DNA of 64,000 nucleotides from a bacterium (lineage in GTDB: Bacteria; DUMJ01), in the NCBI GenBank assembly GCA_012839925.1, contig DUMJ01000083.1, positions 3,116 to 67,115 of the forward strand, given 5' to 3'. The notes below the pieces were generated by a model. It saw nothing but the letters and a program-made list of their open reading frames with translations, was not told the DNA's origin and made no database searches. The translations under genes were made by a program, and so were the position numbers. This document shows positions 32,494 to 43,358 of this stretch, piece after piece (positions within the stretch are counted from its first letter, which is position 1; each line of letters begins with the position of its first letter).

Positions 32494-33797
32494 CTATGCA
32501 ACCTCACTAGATCATTATAGTCTTCTCTCTCTACCCAGATATCCTCTTTGCCATCTTTTACACCGATCACTGCAGGTCTGGGTACCATATTATAATTACT
32601 TGACATAGAATAGTTATAGGCACCGGTAGCAGAAACTACAAGTATATCTCCACGTTCTAATCGAGGAAGATATGCCTTATCTATAAGTATATCACCAGAT
32701 TCACAGAACCTTCCGGCTATAGTAAAAACATCTCTGGGATGTTCTCTCATCTTGTTCGCCAAAAATGCAGTATACTGAGCCTGATACAGCATTGGTCTGG
32801 GATTATCAGCCATACCTCCATCAACACTTGCATATTTACGTATCCCTGGGATTTCCTTTATAGCTCCCACTGTATAGACAGTGATTCCAGCGTTACCAAC
32901 AATATATCTCCCTGGTTCGAGTATCAGTAAAGGTAGTTCTATCCCTTCTCTGTTACAGATCTCTCCAACAGGATCAGCAATCGCTACCGCCATCTCCTTG
33001 GGTGTGGGAGGATCGTCTTCTGGTTTATAAGCTATTCCTAAACCACCGCCCAGATCCAACTCCTTTACCGGAAGGTCCCATTTCCTGGTAAATTCAACAG
33101 TCTGTTTGGCCATTATCTCAGAAGCCATCCGGAAGAACCCAGTATCGAATATCTGAGAGCCTATATGACAATGCAAACCGGTAAAATTCAAAAATGTATC
33201 AGACTTAACAATCCCTATAGCCTCTTTAAGATCATCGCTGTCTAACTGGAAGCCAAACTTGGAGTCTACTCTACCAGTATTTATATAACTGTGGGTATGA
33301 GGGTCAACCCCTGGGGTAAGCCTGAAAAGAATATTTACCGGTCTTCTCTTTACCAGTGAAGACAAAAATTTCAATTCACTCAGATTATCCACAACTATAC
33401 TGCCCACACCAGTATTAATCGCAAAACTTAATTCTTCCATGGTCTTGTTGTTACCATGGAAGTATACATTCTCCATAGGGAAACCTGCTTCTTTTGCTGC
33501 ATATATCTCTCCGCCAGATACCACGTCTAAACCCAGTCCCTCTTCTTCTGTAATCTTTACAATCCTCTTTATCAAAAACGCCTTCCCGGCAAATAACACT
33601 TTGGATTTTGAATAAGTCTCTCTTAAACTGGAGACAAATTCTCTCATCCTATTCCTGATAGTCATCTCATCATAGAGATAGATTGGGGTTTTATACCTCT
33701 TAGCCAGATCTACCACATCCATACCCCCTATCTCCAGATGGCCCAGACCGTTTATGTTAGCTGTATCTGGTAACAATCTATTATTCGGAATTTCCAT
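32490..33797 (-). CDS. lysA: Diaminopimelate decarboxylase
   Basis: AGKAF, DVVSGGE, HGNNK, SKFG, HCHIGSQ, EPGR, CESGD. Start moved to ATG 33797, just after the ilvE stop. Confidence 0.96.
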   Translation of the reverse strand: MEIPNNRLLPDTANINGLGHLEIGGMDVVDLAKRYKTPIYLYDEMTIRNRMREFVSSLRETYSKSKVLFAGKAFLIKRIVKITEEEGLGLDVVSGGEIYAAKEAGFPMENVYFHGNNKTMEELSFAINTGVGSIVVDNLSELKFLSSLVKRRPVNILFRLTPGVDPHTHSYINTGRVDSKFGFQLDSDDLKEAIGIVKSDTFLNFTGLHCHIGSQIFDTGFFRMASEIMAKQTVEFTRKWDLPVKELDLGGGLGIAYKPEDDPPTPKEMAVAIADPVGEICNREGIELPLLILEPGRYIVGNAGITVYTVGAIKEIPGIRKYASVDGGMADNPRPMLYQAQYTAFLANKMREHPRDVFTIAGRFCESGDILIDKAYLPRLERGDILVVSATGAYNYSMSSNYNMVPRPAVIGVKDGKEDIWVEREDYNDLVRLHR

Positions 33798-33798
33798 A

Positions 33799-34674
33799 TC
33801 AATACACAGGATAACCGGAAGTTTTTGTAAGTTCCCTGTACGCAGCCATAATATCTCTGGTAACCTTACCAGGACGTCCGTCTCCAATGACTCTTCCATC
33901 AACCTTTACCAGAGGAATGATCTCTGCCGCCGTACCTGTAAGGAAAGATTCTACTGCATTATAAAGGCTATGCCTGGTGAATGGCTCCTCCTTTACAGGT
34001 ATCCCCTTATCCCTGGCTATAGCTATGACAGCATCTCTGGTTATACCTCTTAACGCACCAAGATAGGTGGGAGGTGTTATAAGTACCCCTTCTTTTGTAT
34101 ATATAAAGAGGTTATCCACCGCTGCCTCTACCACATAACCCTGAGGGTTTAAGAATAAAGCCTCATCTGCCCCTGCTAAATATGCCTCAAACTTTGCCAG
34201 AGCACTGTTGAGATAGTTTAAAGATTTTATCTGAGGGTTGCATGCATTAGGGTTATTTCTTATGGTAGATGCGCATACAGCAGAGATACCCTCCTCATAC
34301 ATCTTGGATGAATAGAGGTTAATCTTGTCTGCTATGATGATAACTGTAGGACTCATTGCATCCCATGGATCTATCCCCAAGCCTTTAATTCCTCTTGTCA
34401 CTATGGGACGTATATAGGAATCCCTTAGCTGATTTCTTCTAATCGTCTCCGCCAAATTCTCTTTAAACTCCTCTTTAGTCAGGGGAATATCTATCAAGAT
34501 ACTGTGGGCTGATTCATAGAGCCTATCAATATGTTCATCAAGTTTAAAAACCCTTCCATTATAAGCCCTGATACCTTCAAAAACCCCATCACCATAGAGG
34601 AGTCCCCTATCATAGACAGATACCTTAGCCTCTTCTGTAGATACAAATTCTCCGTTTACATATACTATACCCAT
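33799..34674 (-). CDS. ilvE: Branched-chain amino acid aminotransferase
   Basis: YGDGVFEGIRAY, YIRP, KSLNYL, L.GITR, TGTAAE. Confidence 0.93.
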   Translation of the reverse strand: MGIVYVNGEFVSTEEAKVSVYDRGLLYGDGVFEGIRAYNGRVFKLDEHIDRLYESAHSILIDIPLTKEEFKENLAETIRRNQLRDSYIRPIVTRGIKGLGIDPWDAMSPTVIIIADKINLYSSKMYEEGISAVCASTIRNNPNACNPQIKSLNYLNSALAKFEAYLAGADEALFLNPQGYVVEAAVDNLFIYTKEGVLITPPTYLGALRGITRDAVIAIARDKGIPVKEEPFTRHSLYNAVESFLTGTAAEIIPLVKVDGRVIGDGRPGKVTRDIMAAYRELTKTSGYPVY

Positions 34675-34711
34675 ATCTAAATAAGCCTCCTAAACCTTTA
34701 GATTTCCACTA

Positions 34712-34740
34712 ATTATACATAAAACAATACCTTTAGGCAA
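34712..34740 (-). promoter_or_regulatory. Promoter of the ilvE-lysA-hom-thrC-thrB-asd-lysC operon
   Basis: TTGCCT (34740-34735), 17 bp, TATAAT (34717-34712). Confidence 0.65.
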
Positions 34741-34844
34741 GTAAATATGCCTACAGTCTAAAGAGTATCATTTAAAACTTTCTAATAAAAGTCACCCATA
34801 TAACATTATAGATACAAATACAAAAGATTACCAACGTCAGGGAA

Positions 34845-34939
34845 AGTTATATGTGACAATATTACAGAACGATAACAAACTCTTGACTTGATATTTTATT
34901 TAATGTATACTTCTCTATATACTGACTGGTCGGTATATA
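34845..34939 (+). promoter_or_regulatory. Promoter with upstream 33-bp element (copy 2) and downstream palindromic operator
   Basis: AGTTATATGTGACAATATTACAGAACGATAACA (34845-34877), 5 nt, TTGACT, 17 bp, TATACT (34906). Palindrome TATATACTGAC-TG-GTCGGTATATA at 34916-34939. Confidence 0.72.
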
Positions 34940-34973
34940 AAATAGATAAAAATTTAAAGGTGGAGGGTGAAGA

Positions 34974-35155
34974 ATGAAAAGAACGTTTTGGCCAACATTT
35001 ACAAGGACGATAGGGTATGAACCACTTGTAAGATGGAGCTGGGATACAGTATTGTTCACAACAGGATAAAAAATGCACCACCCTGGTGGTGGGATAGCTG
35101 GAATTATCCTAATCCTGCCCCAATAGGGCTCTATCAGTTATGTATAGAAGAGTAA
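34974..35155 (+). pseudogene. Internally deleted family-5 solute-binding protein gene
   Basis: SD plus ATG start MKRTFW. In another frame, ...GYSIVHNRIKNAPPWWWDSWNYPNPAPIGLYQLCIEE* aligns without gaps to the C-terminus of the SBP at 325-2316. Confidence 0.6.
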
Positions 35156-35165
35156 GGAGGTTTAT

Positions 35166-36695
35166 ATGTCTGGAATTTATTTATCACTGGTAGTGATTAT
35201 AGTCTTAAACCTTGTAATACTTTCAATACCGTCTCCCTGTTATGCAGGCAGTAAAGATATCTCTATCAGAGATGAGAAGTTTGTCGATAAAAATGGTAGG
35301 GAGGTGATACTTCACGGGATTAATATGGTCTGCAAGGATAAGAGCAGGAACTACATAGGAAATTGGGATGAGATAGACTTTAATAAATTAAGAGAGTGGG
35401 GGATAAACTGTATAAGATTGGGGATTATATGGGACGGTCTGGAACCGTCCCCTGGCTTTATCAATGAAGGATACTTAAAGGGGATAGACAGATTTATAGA
35501 GTTGTCATCCTGTAATAACATATTTGTAATCTTAGATATGCATCAGGATTTATATACCCATAAATTTGGAGGAGATGGAGCACCAGAATGGGCTGTCCTA
35601 GACGGAGGTAACCCTCATATACATTTTGGAGGTATATGGAGTGATGCCTACTTTACCAGTCCAGCGATAAAAACAGCCTTTGATAATTTTTGGAACAATA
35701 CCTTAATTTCTGATGGTTCAGGATTACAGGACCACTATGCCCTCTGCTGGAAGAGTATCGCAGAAAGGTATAAAGATAATCCAGTGGTCATAGGATATGA
35801 CATAATGAACGAGCCTTTTATAGGTTCTGACATAGATAAGGTATGGGAAGCGATGAAGACTAAATTTTTAGAAAAGACCAGATTATATAATTCCCTGGAA
35901 GAATTAGAAAAAAGCTGGTTTGATCTAAATAAGAGGTTAGAGATAATGAATGAGCTTACAGATATTGAGGATTATAAAGAGATTATGGATAGCACTGAGG
36001 ATATATATAAAGCCTTCGAAGGGGATAAACTTATGCCCTTTTATAGAAAGGTAGTTTCTGCTATCAGAGAGATAGATAAAGGGACACTTTTATTCTTAGA
36101 GCCAAGTGTTTCAGCCAATATTGGGGTATATAGCGGAATTGAAAAGATAGATGACCTTCAGGTCTACAGTCCCCACGCATACGATCCACTTACAGATTCG
36201 CCCTTTATGGAAAATTCAGACTATAATCGTATCTCAGCGATTCTTGGAAGGCATAAGGACACCCAGAACAGGTTGGGAATTCCAATGCTTATTGGAGAAT
36301 GGGGAGCATTTGGAAGGTCTAAAGATGTAAAGGAGATTGCGCTTTTTATAGTGAAAGCTATGGAAGAACTAAAATGTAGTGAAACGTACTGGGCTTATTC
36401 TGGTTATAGAGAACTGGAAGATAGTGAATATATAGATGCTATCAGACGACCATATCCTGTGTATACAGCTGGGGATTTAGTTTATTACAGGTTTGATGCA
36501 GAGAGAAGAAGTTTTATCTGTGAATGGAGAGAAGAGACTGATAGTGATACAGTTATATATTTACCAGGGATTTCTAAAGATATTAAATTACAACCATCAT
36601 ACAGATTTTCTACAGAGAGAGTAGATCAATCTAATGCTGAATATGTAATGATTCCAAGTGATTTCAGAAATAAAAGAATAGAGATATCCCTTTAA
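35166..36695 (+). CDS. Glycoside hydrolase family 5 (endoglycoceramidase-like), secreted
   Basis: Signal peptide, IRLG..W..LEP, LDMHQDLY, GDGAP.W, NEP (acid/base), GEWG (nucleophile), RPYP...AG C-terminal domain. Confidence 0.9.
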   Translation: MSGIYLSLVVIIVLNLVILSIPSPCYAGSKDISIRDEKFVDKNGREVILHGINMVCKDKSRNYIGNWDEIDFNKLREWGINCIRLGIIWDGLEPSPGFINEGYLKGIDRFIELSSCNNIFVILDMHQDLYTHKFGGDGAPEWAVLDGGNPHIHFGGIWSDAYFTSPAIKTAFDNFWNNTLISDGSGLQDHYALCWKSIAERYKDNPVVIGYDIMNEPFIGSDIDKVWEAMKTKFLEKTRLYNSLEELEKSWFDLNKRLEIMNELTDIEDYKEIMDSTEDIYKAFEGDKLMPFYRKVVSAIREIDKGTLLFLEPSVSANIGVYSGIEKIDDLQVYSPHAYDPLTDSPFMENSDYNRISAILGRHKDTQNRLGIPMLIGEWGAFGRSKDVKEIALFIVKAMEELKCSETYWAYSGYRELEDSEYIDAIRRPYPVYTAGDLVYYRFDAERRSFICEWREETDSDTVIYLPGISKDIKLQPSYRFSTERVDQSNAEYVMIPSDFRNKRIEISL

Positions 36696-36713
36696 GATTG
36701 GAGAGCCAGAAGG

Positions 36714-37691
36714 ATGATAGGAGTAATAGGGGCAACAGGACATTTAGGGAATGTCCTTACAAAAGAGCTCATAAAGAGAGGTTTCAAGGTAAGAGCAATT
36801 ATACCTCAAGGAGAAAATGTAGCCCATATAAAGGATGACCAGGTTGAGGTATACAGGGCAGATATTACTGATCTGTCCGTCATCACTGCCGCTATCGCAG
36901 GACTTGAATATGTCTTCCACTGTGCTGGCATTATTAATATCTCAAGCGGGAATAAAGACCTGATGTACAGAGTAAATGTGGAAGGAACAAAAAATGTTAT
37001 TAAAGCCTGTATCAGTAATAATATTAAACGACTTATATATACCAGCTCTGTCCACGCTATAGCTGCTCCTGATAAAGGAATAATTGATGAATCCCGTGAA
37101 ATCAACCCAGATAAAGTCTATGGCTTTTACGCAAAGACAAAGGCATTAGCTACACTTGCCATGTTAGAATCGGCAAGATCTGATCTTGACGCTGTCATTC
37201 TATGCCCTTCAGGAATTATAGGTCCTTTTGATTATAAGACGTCTGAGATTGGGCAGTTGATTCTGGATTTTGTAAATAGAAGGTTAAAAGCTTATATTGA
37301 TGGAGCATATAATTTTGTCGATGTTAGAGATGTAGCAGCTGGACACATTAACGCTATGGAAAAGGCTAGAAGAGGAGAGATATACATTTTAGGAGGAGAA
37401 ACTATTTCTGTATTTGATATTTTAACTCTTCTTGAGTCTATAACCGGAATAAAAAAACCAAAAATAAAGATACCATACTGTATAGCTTATGCAATATCTC
37501 CCTTTACCCCAATATATTACTCTATAGTTAAGACGAAACCTCTTTTCACCACCTATTCGATTAAGGTCCTGCGTTCAAATGCCAATATATCCAGTAAAAA
37601 GGCTATAACTGAGTTAAATTACTCTTTTAGACCTGTAAGAGAAACTATCAGAGATGCATACTGCTGGTTTAAAGAGCAGGGTAAAATATGA
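36714..37691 (+). CDS. NAD-dependent epimerase/dehydratase (extended SDR, DFR/HpnA-like)
   Basis: GATGHLG, FHCAG, VNVEGT, YTSS, YAKTK, VDVRDVA. Confidence 0.9.
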   Translation: MIGVIGATGHLGNVLTKELIKRGFKVRAIIPQGENVAHIKDDQVEVYRADITDLSVITAAIAGLEYVFHCAGIINISSGNKDLMYRVNVEGTKNVIKACISNNIKRLIYTSSVHAIAAPDKGIIDESREINPDKVYGFYAKTKALATLAMLESARSDLDAVILCPSGIIGPFDYKTSEIGQLILDFVNRRLKAYIDGAYNFVDVRDVAAGHINAMEKARRGEIYILGGETISVFDILTLLESITGIKKPKIKIPYCIAYAISPFTPIYYSIVKTKPLFTTYSIKVLRSNANISSKKAITELNYSFRPVRETIRDAYCWFKEQGKI

Positions 37692-37719
37692 AGGTAGAAT
37701 TTTGAAGAACGTCGCGCCC

Positions 37720-37748
37720 TTGACAACCTAAAAATTATAACCTATAAT
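37720..37748 (+). promoter_or_regulatory. Consensus sigma70 promoter with no downstream protein gene
   Basis: TTGACA (37720-37725), 17 bp, TATAAT (37743-37748). Confidence 0.8.
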
Positions 37749-37754
37749 GTTTAC

Positions 37755-37844
37755 GTCAAATTGATTACCTATTAATGGATGCTGAATGGCTCTTAAATGG
37801 GTATAAATGGGCAGGGTAGGATTCTCTGAGTCCTACCCTTTTTT
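37755..37844 (+). ncRNA. Putative ~90-nt small RNA with four AAUGG motifs
   Basis: Bounded by the consensus promoter and an intrinsic terminator; AATGG at 37774, 37785, 37796, 37806; no SD-led ORF. Confidence 0.6.
37813..37844 (+). terminator. Intrinsic terminator oriented for the + strand
   Basis: AGGGTAGGATTC-TCT-GAGTCCTACCCT followed by a T run; the T run overlaps the NYN stop codon. Confidence 0.85.
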
Positions 37845-38343
37845 ATATGTGTATTTTTTCCAGATAAGGCTTCAGTTCAGACAGGTCTATATATTTGTCA
37901 GCTGCGTTTCTCAGTTCTATAGCTATATGCCCCAGAGTAGATACAACTACTATCTCCTTACCCATTACGCGCAGGTATTCTATAACTCCCTCAAAATCAC
38001 TGTCTCCTGAAAACAGGTAGGACTCGTCATAATGAGAGGCAGTAAGGATGAGGTCCAATGTCATTTCAACATCCATATTACTCTTCTGCTTCTCTTCATT
38101 ATCCTGAGAGGAGATGGTTTTTAAAGGTTTCTTTCTAACCGTATACCCTATCAATGTTAGAGCCTTAAGAAAATTTTCCTGATTCTGATCGTTAACATCA
38201 TACCCTGAATAATAGAACGCATTATAAAAATCACTCTCTCCCCTGAAATATCTGAGTAACTTTTCAAAATCTACATTCCATTTTAATTTTCTTTGGACAA
38301 AATAGAGATTATTTCCATCTATAAATAAAGCCCTTCTTCCCAT
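37843..38343 (-). CDS. NYN domain (LabA/DUF88, PIN-like) putative ribonuclease
   Basis: LFIDGNNL, FYYS, K.NMDVEM.LD, LFSGDSDF, LRNAAD.YIDL; acidic catalytic residues intact. Own promoter TTGACA-16-TAAAAT at 38409-38382. Confidence 0.9.
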   Translation of the reverse strand: MGRRALFIDGNNLYFVQRKLKWNVDFEKLLRYFRGESDFYNAFYYSGYDVNDQNQENFLKALTLIGYTVRKKPLKTISSQDNEEKQKSNMDVEMTLDLILTASHYDESYLFSGDSDFEGVIEYLRVMGKEIVVVSTLGHIAIELRNAADKYIDLSELKPYLEKIHI

Positions 38344-38465
38344 ATAATGAAATTTTCCTCCTTAAAGGATTCATTAAAACAATTTTAACCTTCTCAGCTA
38401 TTCTGTCAATAGTCTAAGAAAATGTTAGGGGAAGGAAATGAAACATATGAGATTAATTTGTATCC

Positions 38466-38495
38466 TGTAGGGGCAATTCATGAATTGCCCCTACA
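38466..38495. repeat. GTAG-type REP-like perfect palindrome
   Basis: TGTAGGGGCAATTCATGAATTGCCCCTACA (30 bp). Confidence 0.8.
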
Positions 38496-38530
38496 ATTTC
38501 GTCTTTTATAATAAAAACACCATGCCTTTA

Positions 38531-38685
38531 TCCTCCCTCCCCCATCTCGGGGGAACGCTCTTACTTCTCACCCTCACCCCTACCCTCTCCCGTCAAGGGA
38601 GAGGGAAATAGGGGAGTCCATCAGGGGAACGTTCTCTTTTCTTCCGCCCCCATCTCGGGGGAGGATAGAGGTGGGGGGAGGGAGA
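38531..38685. repeat. GC-rich BoxC-like/MITE-like composite repeat
   Basis: CCCCCATCTCGGGGGA x2 (38539, 38647); CCCTCACCCCTACCCTCTCCC-GTCAA-GGGAGAGGG hairpin; outer inverted CTCCCTCCCCC / GGGGGAGGGAG. Confidence 0.65.
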
Positions 38686-38697
38686 TAGGTCAGAACT

Positions 38698-41494
<2,797 letters not shown>

Positions 41495-41498
<4 letters not shown>

Positions 41499-41776
41499 GG
41501 AAATCAGAAAAAATTATCCTTTTATTTTTTATAATTGCATTTCTGGGAATCACAACAAGGTCTACCTTTATTATCCTAAAAGAGATAAAGGATAGCGAAA
41601 TAAGAATCTCCCAGCTTAAAGAGCATTTGAACAAACTAAGAGATGAGAATGTTAAATTAAGAGAGGAAATCTATAGATTAAAATATGATAATAATTATAT
41701 TGAGATTCTGGTAAGAGAGGAGTTAGGATGGATAAGACCTGGAGAGATCCTGTGTATTCCGGTACAAAACCAGTAG
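41495..41776 (+). CDS. Septum formation initiator (FtsB/DivIC family)
   Basis: Single TM helix, coiled coil, YIE..REELG...PGE. Confidence 0.85.
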
Positions 41777-42111
41777 AGAATCAAATCGTAGAAGGAAGAG
41801 TTAAGAAAATTACTAAATTTGGTGCATTTTTGCTACTTAGCGATGGAAGAGAGGCATTCTTACATATCTCTGAGATAGATAGTTCTTATGTGAAAGATGT
41901 CTCAGATTATCTCCACGAGGGGGATAAAGTAAAAGCTATAGTTATAGGGCAAAATAAGAAGGGGGAATTAGAGGTCTCTATAAAGAGAGTTAAGTCTTTA
42001 GAAGAGTTCGAGAACAAACTGTCCCATTTTCTAAAACAGAGCGATGAGAAACTTGGAGATTTAAAGAAAAGCCTGGAAGAAAAGTGGAAGGGTAAACAAA
42101 AGAAGTGGTAA
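41728..42111 (+). CDS. S1 RNA-binding domain protein (YabR-like); true start may be GTG 41752
   Basis: VEG.VKKITKFGAF, LHISEI...YVKD, FE.KLS.FLK.SDE. Confidence 0.85.
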   Translation: MDKTWRDPVYSGTKPVENQIVEGRVKKITKFGAFLLLSDGREAFLHISEIDSSYVKDVSDYLHEGDKVKAIVIGQNKKGELEVSIKRVKSLEEFENKLSHFLKQSDEKLGDLKKSLEEKWKGKQKKW

Positions 42112-42122
42112 ATGGCGTTAAG

Positions 42123-43242
42123 CTAATCAGTTAGCATAGACTTTATCTGTAAGAACCGTATAAGGTCCGTCTTACTTATAATACCCACCAGTTTATCCTC
42201 CTCCATAACGAGTAATCTGCCTGTGGGTCCTCTGTTTATCTTAAGGAAAGCATCAAAAGCTGAATTTCCTGGACCTATTACAAGATCAGGAGATAAGGGG
42301 CTCATTATTTCTCTAACCGTATGATTCTTCCATTCTTCTCTGGGAAGTCCTTTAATATCATTCAGAGTAAATAATACCAAGAAGTACATCCCCCCACATT
42401 ACAGGAAAAGCCACATATTTATATGAGAGGAGATAGTCAGAGACAAGCTGTTCAATAGTGATATTTGGTGGAACAGATTTAACATCCCTGGTCATGAGGT
42501 CTTCCACTTTAGCATCCACAAAGGCTTCTTTTATGTCTATTTCCCTCTCCCCAGATATTGCACCTTGATTTAAGAACCATCCTATAAATATAAACCAGAG
42601 ACCACTTAATAATTGACCGGCAAGAATGAAATAAAATCCCAAGAACATTATCATAGTTGCAAGGGTTATTCCAATACCTGCTGATATTCTGGTAGCTTTT
42701 TTAAAGTTCTTGAACAGCATCCAGAGTATAGCTCTCAGCACCCTACCACCATCAAGTGGAAAGGCTGGAATTATGTTAAATCCAGCCAGAATCAGGTTTA
42801 TCCTGTAAAGATAGATTACAGCTCCTCCTACAGGAGAGGATGGATTGAAGGCAAATTTGGAGATTAAGAAAAAAATCAAAGATAAAAGGGCGCTGGTAAG
42901 AGGACCTACTATTGATATAAGGAGTTCATCCCTAGCAGATTTGGGTTCTCCCTCCATCTCTGCTACACCCCCGAAGAGGAATAGGGTAATACGTTTTATC
43001 TTCAGACCAAGCTTTAAAGCTATATATGAGTGCATAAATTCATGAAGAAAGACACAGAAAAAGAGTATTAGAGATGCAATAGCCCCAATTATCCAGTTTA
43101 CTAGAGGAGAACTATAAAGAGTATAGTTGGGAAGATAACTTGTAGCTAAGGTAGTGGTTATAAGACCGAATACTATAACCCAGGTATAATGGACCTCTAC
43201 CGGAATTCCAGATATATTCCCTATCCTTAAACTCCCTTTCAT
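42123..43242 (-). pseudogene. Site-2 protease (M50) with CBS pair, split by a 1-nt frameshift
   Basis: HEFMH and NIIPAFPLDGG; the CBS region breaks at LLGII|YSE* and continues in another frame as TLNDIKGLPREEW...; one extra T at about 42369-42371. Confidence 0.85.
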
Positions 43243-43323
43243 AGGAAAAACTTACTCCCTCCTAATTATTATTCAACCTCATAATACCACCATACAGGAG
43301 TAAAATCTACTCTTAAGGGATAA

Positions 43324-43351
43324 AGCGTGGTAAGGATATCCTTACCACGCT
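43324..43351 (-). terminator. Terminator hairpin after the GH78 gene
   Basis: Perfect palindrome AGCGTGGTAAGGATATCCTTACCACGCT. Confidence 0.75.
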
Positions 43352-43358
43352 AAAAAAT

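Noticed and set aside
34675-34740. Lysine riboswitch or T-box ahead of the aspartate-family operon
   Set aside because: The predicted promoter leaves only about 30 nt of leader, and no such motifs are visible.
37775-37819. 14-codon ORF MDAEWLLNGYKWAG inside the putative small RNA
   Set aside because: No SD, the stop lies in the terminator stem, and the AATGG repeats fall in different frames, pointing to an RNA-level signal; kept only as an alternative.
38466-38685. CRISPR array
   Set aside because: No regularly spaced identical repeats with unique spacers and no cas genes.
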